DNA from: Corallochytrium limacisporum Hawaii
Taxonomy: Eukaryota > Protista > Pluriformea
Length of the DNA: 64,000 nucleotides
Assembly: GCA_002811645.1 (NCBI GenBank)
Contig: PDIP01000021.1
Span: 62,001-126,000 of the forward strand
Direction of reading: 5' to 3'
How positions within the stretch are numbered: the stretch's first letter is position 1; every line of letters starts with the position of its first letter. Shown piece after piece: positions 54,226 through 63,204 of the stretch. The translations under genes and the position numbers were made by a program. The notes under the pieces were generated by a model. That model did no database searches, was not told the DNA's origin, and saw only the letters and a list, made by a program, of their open reading frames with translations.

Positions 54226-55423
54226 TTACTGAAGCTTCTTGGCGATGTTCTTATAGTCACTGCCAACACATGTACATGTGACCCTTCCGGTTTCAGAATC
54301 TCCTTCTAACTTGAATTGAATCCCCAAGAATGCTTTGATATTACGAAGCATCTCGACACTATAGTCACAAACAATAAAGAACAAACAGGTGCAATGGTTA
54401 GTACCATCCGACATTGAGAGAATCACATACTACTTTGGTTAACATTAATTAACCTCACATGTCCTCTACTTACCAATACGGGCTCAAAGGTCCCAACACA
54501 ATCTTAGATACGTCAGCCGTGCTCATCGCCATCAGGATGACAGCCATGGCCTGGTTCTGTGTATCGTACACGCCACCTCGAGCGATCTCCTGTAGTAAAT
54601 GCTCAGCTGCCATCTCACCAATCTTTTCTGGTACGGTTTTACTGTTTCCGCAAACTTCTACACCGTACAGTGCCCCCGTAGTGCTTTCTGCTACCAGACT
54701 TATGCTATAGCCTGGCGATTTACCAGAGTCAGCACCCCGGTAGTGATCTGTATAAATATAGACGTCAGGCAGATACGGGTTGATGACACCACGCGCACCA
54801 TCCACCATGCGATTACCAGTATGAGGCGAAACTCGAGTAGCATATGCAATGCCCCTGACTTTTTTGATTTTACCCTCATCGAGGCGACGGATTGGCTTTA
54901 GCTCCCTGATATTCGGTATGACTACACTCACCTCGCCACCGCCCAGAGGTGGAGCACCTCGTCTTACGATCTTAAAGGTTATTGCTTCGTCAATTCCCCA
55001 GTCTTTGAGAGTCTGTAGCGTTACCGTACGAAGCAAGTCTACCGAGGGGTCCTCCTCGTTGTTGGTGACACCGCGCAGGGTGAGGCTAGTGAACTTCTTG
55101 GCGAAGACTAGAATTGGGACAATGGGTTCGAGATAGTAGCCAATTGATCTTGCGACGTTGCAATCATGTTCAATATCACCACCTGTAATAGCTCCCGGCG
55201 TGAATGTAAGTACTGTTCCTGATTCATTGATCTCTATTGCTGTACCGTTGGAAAGCTTGTCCAGCAAGCGCAGAAAGGAAGCTTCAAAGTCTTGCACTCC
55301 TGGGTCAGCATCTCTGTACCGTATCTTTTCAATCCGAATCGATTTCCCACTTAACATACTAAGAACAAGGCGCTGACGCATGTAGTTCGCGCCTTCAAAT
55401 ACTAATTCTACCCGCTTCACCAT
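54226..55423 (-). CDS. RCL1: RNA 3'-terminal phosphate cyclase-like RCL1, two exons (55423-54474, 54358-54226), 360 aa
   Basis: RQRLVLSMLSGK, RGAPPLGGGEV, YATRVSP, SGKSPGY; splicing restores LGPLSPYC-VEMLRNIKAFLGIQFK...CVGSDYKNIAKKLQ. Confidence 0.95.
54359..54473 (-). other. Spliceosomal intron in RCL1 (115 nt)
   Basis: GTAAGTA donor, TACTAAC at 54403-54397, T-rich tract, TAG acceptor; phase 2, restores the conserved C-terminus. Confidence 0.93.
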
Positions 55424-56107
55424 GGTTAGTTTCTGTTACACCGAGCTCAGATCATGCGTGCATTTGGTGGTTCCGCTACACTTCCACTAGAACTGGCGAA
55501 ACACAGAGGATTTGTTGGTAATGTGATATATCTACACGACGGGTATTAATTTCAACCCCACTTCCATGGATACCTGTTGGATGGCAAGCTACAGAGTGTT
55601 CATGACCACTAAACACCTTTATCCGTTCCGCCCGCATGCGTGGAACCTGTATTTTTGGCCATTTCCGCTGCGCACCTGATGACCCGCGTGAAAAGTAGCT
55701 CGGGTGGGGGGGGGAGGGCACACCGGGGGCCTATTTATCGTGCCTCACCCCCCAAGTGCGCGCGTAAAGTGTTAAACCCCCTCCGTGGGAGGCAGAGTCA
55801 GAAGAGGGTGGGGGTCCTGCGGCGCGTTCCGTGCGGCCGGTCTCCACGGAAGGGCCGAAAAACCCGACGACATCCGAAGGGCGAGTGCGACGGAGCAAGA
55901 GCGGAAAGCGATGTCACTGCGGCCGCGCCCGAGTTTCGGTGCAATGGTATTTGAAATGTGGAGTGGATGTACACTACAAGATATATTTGTGTGATAGGTT
56001 CGGAAAGAACATGGATCAAGGTTTGAGAGAAACAGGTCATCTGATGTACATGTTACAAACCTTAACATCATGGTTGGTGGTTGAGTAGTCTCACTTCAAC
56101 ATTGACA

Positions 56108-58084
56108 ATGCACGTATGGATCAAGGTGCCACTCGTCCACTATGGCGACATGGCACTGCCTAGAACGATATCAGAGAAATTGAACATTGTTAACGTCAGA
56201 AAGTTTGCCAAGTATGCAAAATCTAAGGGTGCGGTTCCTCGGGTGTCATTTGTGCTATGGCGACGAATCGCAACGGAAAAGTATGGAATACCCAAGCAAT
56301 ATGCGTGGTCATTGTTTGAAATGTTTGAGGTACTTTTCCAAAGCAAAGGAAAGGCTCGACAGGAGCGGATTTTCAAAGAGACACGGATTAGAAGAGAAGC
56401 ACTGTGTCATGGAGATGCAGCTGACGTGGACCTGAATGCACTAGAGGCGCAGATTTGGGCCTTGAGAGATGAGTCCATGGTGAATTGCGCGGCATTTATG
56501 GTATATCTGTACCTGCAGCACCTTTTATCTGAACACCATGCATCCAAACAGGTCCCTGGTTTGATAGCAAAGCAAGTGAATGAAGAGAACGTAGCACTGG
56601 ATGCATTCAGCAGCAGTTCACCACCGCTGGGCGGTCAAGAACTGCACGGGAGTAATGCCTCCTTGGGATCGATTGCGTCGCTTTCATCGGCTGTCGGCGA
56701 TGCAGACCTGAACCGCTCTACCTCCCCAGGCGGAGGCAACACTCCCTATGCTAGGTACCAGGCCCAAATGTTCCGGGAAGAAAAGGCGGTCACAGATCTC
56801 GTGCGTGACAACTTGCATCGCTTCTTGCAAGTTGTTGACCCAGATGCACGTCCTCCCCGCGATGGAAAACCAGGGTCGCAGCTGAGTGAGTCGGCCGTGG
56901 CTGCTCTCGACTTCCTGCTCAGTGCAACTGAAGACCCGTCCCGGGGAACATTCATTCAAAGCCTTGTAGACGCGCTGCGCAGTGTTGAGATCCTGCCTGC
57001 TACCCCGCGTAATCAACGGGGCTGCCGGCGTAGCGGGAGTCCCAGTGCAGCTGGTCAGGTGGTCTACGATACAGTCACCCATACTTACAGTTTTAGCGGT
57101 GTGGTGCAATGGATTGGAAGGCACCTGGGTACTTGTCCGTTCACAATAGGTGGAGCACTCAACCGGCCGCTGTCACCCGCTGAGATGGCACAGGAGTCTC
57201 CCCGGCTGGCAGCTGCTGGGCAGGCGAACTCGATCATTTTACCCTTGCAACTCCCTGGCTATTCAGGACCGTATACAATTCTGCAGGAAAACAATATCAC
57301 AACTGCGCACTACGGACGGGAAGTACGAGGACACAACGTCAACATTGTGGGATGCTCGAAGAGCAGCATTTACCTTCTTGACGTGTGTGCCAATGTTCAT
57401 TTACGAGGTCTGCGGAAGTGTACAATCTTTATCGGGGCCGCGGAGCGCTGTGTCAAGGTCGAACGGTGCAAGGAGGTCACAATCGTAGTCGCCTGTGGAA
57501 AGTTTCTGATGCGACATTGCCAGGATCTCGTGGTCCACCTCCACACGAACTCTCAACCATACGTGGGCGAAGGAGTTATCAACGTGATGGTGGCGCCACA
57601 TCAGTCATACTACGGACATCTGCAAGAGGACCTCCAGGTTGCGGGCATCAACTCGGAGCTCAATTACTGGAATGATCCGGTCAACTTTGCTGTTAGTGAG
57701 AGACGCACCAGCAGCGGTTTGGGGTCAGCTCCAAGAAATACGGTGATTGCTGACATAAGAAAGATCCCTTTCTGGCCATCCGGTGTGCATGTCCTTGCCC
57801 CTGAGGCCTACATGCCAGTCTCTGTGCCTTTCGAAACGGGAGGAGTGACCGAAGACCCGGTGCTTTTCATTCCAAGGGAGTACGCGACGGCCATGGAACA
57901 GCGTGTACAGCGGATGGAAAGGGTACGCCAGGCCATCATTGACGCACAGCTGGACGATGAGAAGCGTCCAGTGCTGCAGAAGGAGCTGGAACATCGGTTT
58001 CAGGAATGGTTGGTCGAAACGGGCAATCAGCGGCACGTCCAGCAGGTCGTTCGGATGGCACGTGAATCACAGCACACAGTATAG
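56108..58084 (+). CDS. TBCCD1: TBCC-domain-containing protein 1
   Basis: N-terminal WIKVPLVHYG; TBCC beta-helix CSKSSIYLL...CTIFIG...VERCKEVTIVVAC...NYWNDP. Confidence 0.85.
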   Translation: MHVWIKVPLVHYGDMALPRTISEKLNIVNVRKFAKYAKSKGAVPRVSFVLWRRIATEKYGIPKQYAWSLFEMFEVLFQSKGKARQERIFKETRIRREALCHGDAADVDLNALEAQIWALRDESMVNCAAFMVYLYLQHLLSEHHASKQVPGLIAKQVNEENVALDAFSSSSPPLGGQELHGSNASLGSIASLSSAVGDADLNRSTSPGGGNTPYARYQAQMFREEKAVTDLVRDNLHRFLQVVDPDARPPRDGKPGSQLSESAVAALDFLLSATEDPSRGTFIQSLVDALRSVEILPATPRNQRGCRRSGSPSAAGQVVYDTVTHTYSFSGVVQWIGRHLGTCPFTIGGALNRPLSPAEMAQESPRLAAAGQANSIILPLQLPGYSGPYTILQENNITTAHYGREVRGHNVNIVGCSKSSIYLLDVCANVHLRGLRKCTIFIGAAERCVKVERCKEVTIVVACGKFLMRHCQDLVVHLHTNSQPYVGEGVINVMVAPHQSYYGHLQEDLQVAGINSELNYWNDPVNFAVSERRTSSGLGSAPRNTVIADIRKIPFWPSGVHVLAPEAYMPVSVPFETGGVTEDPVLFIPREYATAMEQRVQRMERVRQAIIDAQLDDEKRPVLQKELEHRFQEWLVETGNQRHVQQVVRMARESQHTV

Positions 58085-58143
58085 CGCATAGTAAATACAC
58101 AACTGATTCTACCATGAGTGTAAACAATAAACGGATTTTTCTC

Positions 58144-59463
58144 TCAGGGCTTGAAATATACCTTCAGCCAACCGGGCTCGCGCTTACCAAAGTTTTCGTA
58201 CGCCGAAGCCGCCTCCGCTAGCGGCAAGACGTGCGTGACAACCCTTACGGCGTTGGATAGCAAAAACTTGCGGTGGCCAAGATTCTCATCCTGCGCCTCC
58301 ATATTTAAACGGTCCAGAAGATATCGGCTCAACCGACCCGAATCGCATCGTCCAACCTTGTACGTAATGTTCTTGTTATAAAGGTCGTCCTGACTAAACG
58401 GCAACGCGGCATCAGTATTCACACCGACGCAAGATATGACACCGCCGACCCGACACAGATCGTATGCCAGCTGCAGAGTGGCCTTCAGTCCGACGCACTC
58501 GCAGACAGCACTGAAGGCCGGCTCTGTACGGATATCTGAGGGTTCGGTAAGCTCTTTGATCGGTCGCATGGCGTCCTGGTCAGTTGGATCTACGAAATGA
58601 ACTGATATTGGATCTTCGGCATCATTCCCATTTTGCTTACTCTGCCCTTCGTTGCTCTCCTTGCGTACACCCAACATCGCGGCTGCAAAGTCCCGGCGCG
58701 ATTGCTGAGGTTCAAAGGCTACGACCCTGAGTTTCTTTCTTGGTACAACCGTCTCAGCAATGTAACAGGCACAGAGTAGTGCCAGTGTTCCAACTGGGCC
58801 AAGACCGATGATTGCAATACTCGAGACGTCCTTTGCTGGGTCCGTAAGTCCAGCTTGCTCGCAGACGTACCAGGCAGTCGATAGGATGTCGCCAGTAAGG
58901 AGCGCCAGCTTCGGATCGACATGCTGTGGAACTGGCACCAACGTTGCATCGCCGAACGGTATACGAACGTACTCAGCCTGACCACCATGGTTTCCGTTGG
59001 ATCCGTCGTCAGGAATTGACGAATCGCTGGAGTCGTCCTTACTCTTCCATCCGAGCAGCGCAGTCTTGCGACAACGGGCAGTGTTACCCGCTGAGCATGG
59101 CCAGCATACACCACAGTTCAGTGTAAATGGGCAGACAACTGTAGTGCCAATGCTTAACATCGATGGATTCGGTGATCCTTCCATGCTCACAGCTTCGTTC
59201 TCAAGGAGGTCTTTTCCAAATCCCACGACCTCTCCCACAAGTTCGTGACCCATGATCGTGTTTGGTGCCAGACCTGGCTCTCGTCCTGTAAAGGGATGGA
59301 TGTCACTACCACAAAGCCCAGCGTAGATGACTTTGACCAGAACATCCCGGTGTTTGGTCCTCAATTTGGGAAGCGGGATGTTGCGCTTGACCTCCAGGAT
59401 ATTGTATGCCTGAAACGTGATACCCGTCATCTCCGACGGAAGCTCTGTTGCTGTATCCGTCAT
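58144..59463 (-). CDS. Zinc-dependent medium-chain alcohol/aldehyde dehydrogenase (FDH-like)
   Basis: GLCGSDIH, MGHE, CGVCWPCSAGNTARC, GGQAEYVRIP, GDILST, GLGPVG; first ATG 59463. Confidence 0.9.
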   Translation of the reverse strand: MTDTATELPSEMTGITFQAYNILEVKRNIPLPKLRTKHRDVLVKVIYAGLCGSDIHPFTGREPGLAPNTIMGHELVGEVVGFGKDLLENEAVSMEGSPNPSMLSIGTTVVCPFTLNCGVCWPCSAGNTARCRKTALLGWKSKDDSSDSSIPDDGSNGNHGGQAEYVRIPFGDATLVPVPQHVDPKLALLTGDILSTAWYVCEQAGLTDPAKDVSSIAIIGLGPVGTLALLCACYIAETVVPRKKLRVVAFEPQQSRRDFAAAMLGVRKESNEGQSKQNGNDAEDPISVHFVDPTDQDAMRPIKELTEPSDIRTEPAFSAVCECVGLKATLQLAYDLCRVGGVISCVGVNTDAALPFSQDDLYNKNITYKVGRCDSGRLSRYLLDRLNMEAQDENLGHRKFLLSNAVRVVTHVLPLAEAASAYENFGKREPGWLKVYFKP

Positions 59464-59805
59464 GCTCTTAGAGTTCAACAATAATCGTCTCACTATTCCA
59501 TAGTATGTGTGAATGATCCAAGAGAAGTGAACCAATTGCAAATTCCAGTGTTCCAGTCGTAAGTACCATCGGAGTTCTAGCACACGAGGGACACTGCGCA
59601 AGCCGGGGCCGTGAGACTTCCCTGGGCTCCCCTTCCTTTCCGTACCGCCCGGACCCGGCAGGCCGTCCGAACACAAACACACCCTACGAATCCGCGGGCT
59701 ACCGTAGATTGATCGAAAGGAGCTTGCGGGGTATTTCAAACACGCGTACTGTTACGTCACTGCAACACGACGACATTTAGGTTTTTATGGCTAGATGGAC
59801 TTACA

Positions 59806-60393
59806 ATGGCGGCCCCGTACAAGGTCTGCTACGTGGCCCTTACCGTGGGGTCGGATGCGGCCAGTGCGGTAAGCAAGCAGGAACTAACCAGAACGGAACA
59901 AGACTTGACCGATCTGATAGCGCGTCCCGATAGTAAGGGAATAGAGATAATTCCATGCGATCAATGGCATCTGAGTCTCACGCGAAGACTCCAGTGTCCG
60001 CTTTCAAAACTCCACCGGCTCCGATCACTTGTTGAATCGGTTCGTAAAGATCTCAAGCTTGCCCGAAACTTGGTAGTAATTCTGGGTCCTACTGTGCGGA
60101 TATATGGTGCAGATATTGACAGTAGTGCAGTTGATGCCATCGATCACTTTCTGGCCTTTCCCCTAGTGGGACAAAGGGTCTTAGAAGATTTTGACAAGGC
60201 TGTGGATATGCTCGACAATGGATTGGAAGGACTCGATCTGCCCAGGTTTAATGAAGATAGGGAGTTTCATATATCCTTTGCCAAAACACATGACCAAGAC
60301 GCCGGCCAACGCTTGCTACAGTCTGTGCCAGCGATACTGCCCAGCGGTGGTCTGAAACTCAAGGTCATCGATCTCGAGCTCTTCACAAACTAG
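59806..60393 (+). CDS. 2H phosphodiesterase, USB1-like
   Basis: Two HxS motifs (WHLSLT, FHISFA), LPRF preceding the second motif. Confidence 0.65.
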   Translation: MAAPYKVCYVALTVGSDAASAVSKQELTRTEQDLTDLIARPDSKGIEIIPCDQWHLSLTRRLQCPLSKLHRLRSLVESVRKDLKLARNLVVILGPTVRIYGADIDSSAVDAIDHFLAFPLVGQRVLEDFDKAVDMLDNGLEGLDLPRFNEDREFHISFAKTHDQDAGQRLLQSVPAILPSGGLKLKVIDLELFTN

Positions 60394-60420
60394 AAGATAA
60401 AGAACCAATCAACATGTTGT

Positions 60421-60570
60421 TTAACTCGCCACGGTTAGAGTAACTGTAAGCATGCCAGTGTCAGCGTTATACTCCGCACTGGTGTCTGCTTCATTGATTT
60501 TCTCAAAGGTGATGTCTCGGCGTGCAACCAAGTCGACCTCCCCTTCCACCTTTATCACCACAGCGGCGCA
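60421..60570 (-). other. Orphan coding exon or gene fragment, CS/HSP20-like beta-sandwich C-terminus
   Basis: 49 codons CAAVVIKVEGEVDLVARRDITFEKINEADTSAEYNADTGMLTVTLTVAS*, directly preceded by TAG; no upstream in-frame start. Confidence 0.5.
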
Positions 60571-60739
60571 CTAGCTTTTCGGACGGGTCCTTCCTCCGAC
60601 CCAGGTATAGAAAATAGGCCCCGACATATATTGCAGCGAATTGTAGAATCCGTCCTGTGAGCCCAGGTGCCTCCTCCTAATAGCCGTAGTTATCAGTGCG
60701 CTTCGCGTGTGCGACGTACAAACATAGTTCAGTATTTAT

Positions 60740-62326
60740 CTATTCAATGATCTCAACAAAATTGGCGGGGAACAGACCGCTCGCACCGTTACACTCACCG
60801 AACCACCACCCATCGTCAATAGCGTACACGTTCTCGATAATATCATCTTCGTAGAGTTTGAGCTCATCCTCTTCCTCCGCGTCATAGTCGTAGAGAGCCC
60901 GTGCACGCACTCCAGTGGCTTCCTGACCCTCAGGAGCGGCCTCGGCTGGTACCGCTGCCATCCCAGCGTCGTCAAAGGTGTCGTCAATGCCAGCACTGGC
61001 GGGCTCATGGTACGGCTGAGCGGGCTCTACAGGTTCTGGTTGGTAGGCGGGCTCTGGTTCGTAGGCAGGTTCGGGCTCGTAGGCTGGTTCTGGCTCGTAG
61101 GCAGGCTCAGGTTGATAGGCAGGTTCCGGCTCGTATGCAGGTTCAGGTTCAGCCTGGTAGGCAGGCTGGGGCTCTGCGTGGATAGTGAGTGGTTTGGGAG
61201 GAGCAGCGGCAGCATAGTCAGTTGCAACGTCTTCCTGTGACTGGGCCATAAACTTTGCCCGGGCACCGGACACTGTACCCGTAGAAGGCAAGCTGGGTTC
61301 CGCCTCCGAACTCTTTACTGGTGTTCCCGGGGCTTGCGCTGGCTTTGTCTGCACTGGCGCCCACTTTTTAACCGGCTTATCGGCAGCAGGTTCAGTCTGC
61401 ACATAGTTAACAGGTTTCGTCTCAAAATGCTTGCGCTCCGGGTTGGGATCGGAACGTACGCCGCCGCTATAGAAATCGCCCGCACTGAAAGGCTTATAAG
61501 ACCTGGCGCCACTGTCCGCAGGCTCAGAGACATCCTCAACAGACTGTGCCTCAAACGCAGCGCGCGTACCGGACACATTACCGGCAGCATCTTCCTGGGC
61601 CTTGCGTGCGGCTGCCTCATCGGCCGCTCGCTTATTGGCCTCCCGCTCCTCAGCTTCCCGACGCAAACGCTCAGCTTCGGCCTGGGCGTTAGCCTGGCGG
61701 CGCGCCTCGGCATCCGCACGCTTACGCTCCTCTTCAGCCCGACGCTGCGCCGTCTCACGCTCCCTGCGCTCCTGTTCTTCCCGCTGACCTTCAGTAGAGG
61801 AGGCCATAGCCTGGAACCTGGCCTTTGCGCCGCCGACGGTTCCCTTTGGGATGGCGGACGGTGCACCGACACCCTGGTCCTCTGCACTCTGCTGGAAGGC
61901 AGCACGTGCATTTGCAACGTTGCCTTTGGGAACAGCTGCTGGTGCTGCTGCCTGTGCGGGAACCGGAACGGGTTCTGGTGCCTTTACCGGAGCTGGCGCA
62001 GGCTCAGCCTTGCGAGCTAGCGGAGGCGACGGATTGGTTGCAGCCCCATTCTGGGGTGCCCTCGGTGGTGCACGCTTTTCCTTAGCAGACTGAATGGCCT
62101 TATTAACACGGTCCTGGTAGCTCATCAGGGCGACGTTGCGCACGGCTTTCAAATCCGCTCCCGCGTTCTTTGCATCCTGAGTCTCAGCAACGGTCTTTGC
62201 GCCCCAACGCAAATCCTTCTCGTCTGCTTCGTTCTCAAAATGAGGATCGGTGTCCCAGTCGTCTTCATCATGGGCAACCTTTTTGATTGCTGTCTGGCGG
62301 TTGCCAGCTGCTGCACGCCATGCCAT
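60740..62326 (-). CDS. Cortactin/HS1-like protein (NTA, helical repeats, Pro-rich region, SH3)
   Basis: MAWRAAAG..DDWDTDPHFEN..EKDLRWGAKTV (Arp2/3-binding NTA); C-terminal SH3 ARALYDY..ELKL..DDGWW.G..GLFPANFVE. Confidence 0.88.
   Translation of the reverse strand: MAWRAAAGNRQTAIKKVAHDEDDWDTDPHFENEADEKDLRWGAKTVAETQDAKNAGADLKAVRNVALMSYQDRVNKAIQSAKEKRAPPRAPQNGAATNPSPPLARKAEPAPAPVKAPEPVPVPAQAAAPAAVPKGNVANARAAFQQSAEDQGVGAPSAIPKGTVGGAKARFQAMASSTEGQREEQERRERETAQRRAEEERKRADAEARRQANAQAEAERLRREAEEREANKRAADEAAARKAQEDAAGNVSGTRAAFEAQSVEDVSEPADSGARSYKPFSAGDFYSGGVRSDPNPERKHFETKPVNYVQTEPAADKPVKKWAPVQTKPAQAPGTPVKSSEAEPSLPSTGTVSGARAKFMAQSQEDVATDYAAAAPPKPLTIHAEPQPAYQAEPEPAYEPEPAYQPEPAYEPEPAYEPEPAYEPEPAYQPEPVEPAQPYHEPASAGIDDTFDDAGMAAVPAEAAPEGQEATGVRARALYDYDAEEEDELKLYEDDIIENVYAIDDGWWFGECNGASGLFPANFVEIIE
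61036..61175 (-). repeat. Coding tandem repeat (18-nt units, EPEPAY/QPEPAY)
   Basis: About 7 imperfect PEPAY(E/Q) units in the cortactin-like protein. Confidence 0.85.
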
Positions 62327-63204
62327 GGTTCTTGTCTGTTGCGTGATTTGACTCCTTCAGGTGATATGTAGGCGGTCTATGCTAACATTCACTGCTCTCC
62401 AGCGTCTCCTGGGAACTTAGTACCTGAATCCGTGTCAGGGCGACGAGGGAACAGATCGCTTACAAACCACAGAGTCTCAGAATCATGACGCCAGTGGGTC
62501 CCCAGAGTGTTCATTCAACCGTTCGAAAATGAACAAGCCACGAGCTGCCGCCATTCATATCCCCAGCATCGAGATCTTCAGACCAGACTGAACACACGAG
62601 AAAATTGAAGATAACACCACACACACCCGTCTTGGACATCTCCCGAGGAGACCATTGGATACGGTACTCATTCTATGGTAGGCCCAAGATTGGTTTGTTT
62701 GTACTTTCCAGCTGTCCTGTTTTCGTCTTCTCTCTAAATGTTGCTCACTTCCCTCTCCGGTCTACGGCAGAAGAGGTATGTTGTGTCTTGTGTCCACGGA
62801 TTGCGCTGCCAATGAGCTGATCGCCCAAGAGGCAGGAGTGGACTGACCCACCCGCCGCCGCACAGAGACGGCAGGGGGAGTTGGGGCATTCGAGAATTTA
62901 GAAATATGTATAAGGTACGGGGCACGCCTGCCGATCCCCCTACCAAGGACCCCCCTTTCCCCCCCCCCCCCAAGTCCGGCGAGCGATCGCTTTTCTGGCA
63001 CCAGACACGGGCCGGTCAGACCGTCCCTTCGAAATTGGGGCCACAGACCCTCCCACCCAGCCGTTTGGTACACCCGTCGTAAAGGCCGGTTGGTGGGTGA
63101 ATCAGATTTATTACCTTCATATATAATCAGTGCACTTCAAAAGACATGGCTTTGATTTACAGCTATAATTTATTCATTATAGTACGTGCTAATCCGTACG
63201 AAAA

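Noticed and set aside
55675-55695. CTGATGA...GAAA hammerhead-like core
   Set aside because: Stem II and stems I/III cannot be formed
60391-60450. Possible stop readthrough extending the USB1-like C-terminus
   Set aside because: Similarity of the downstream peptide is too weak, and the region overlaps the opposite-strand orphan exon
490-63100. GC islands as a MITE family or CRISPR-like array
   Set aside because: No shared terminal inverted repeats, target duplications, regular repeat-spacer pattern, transposase or cas genes
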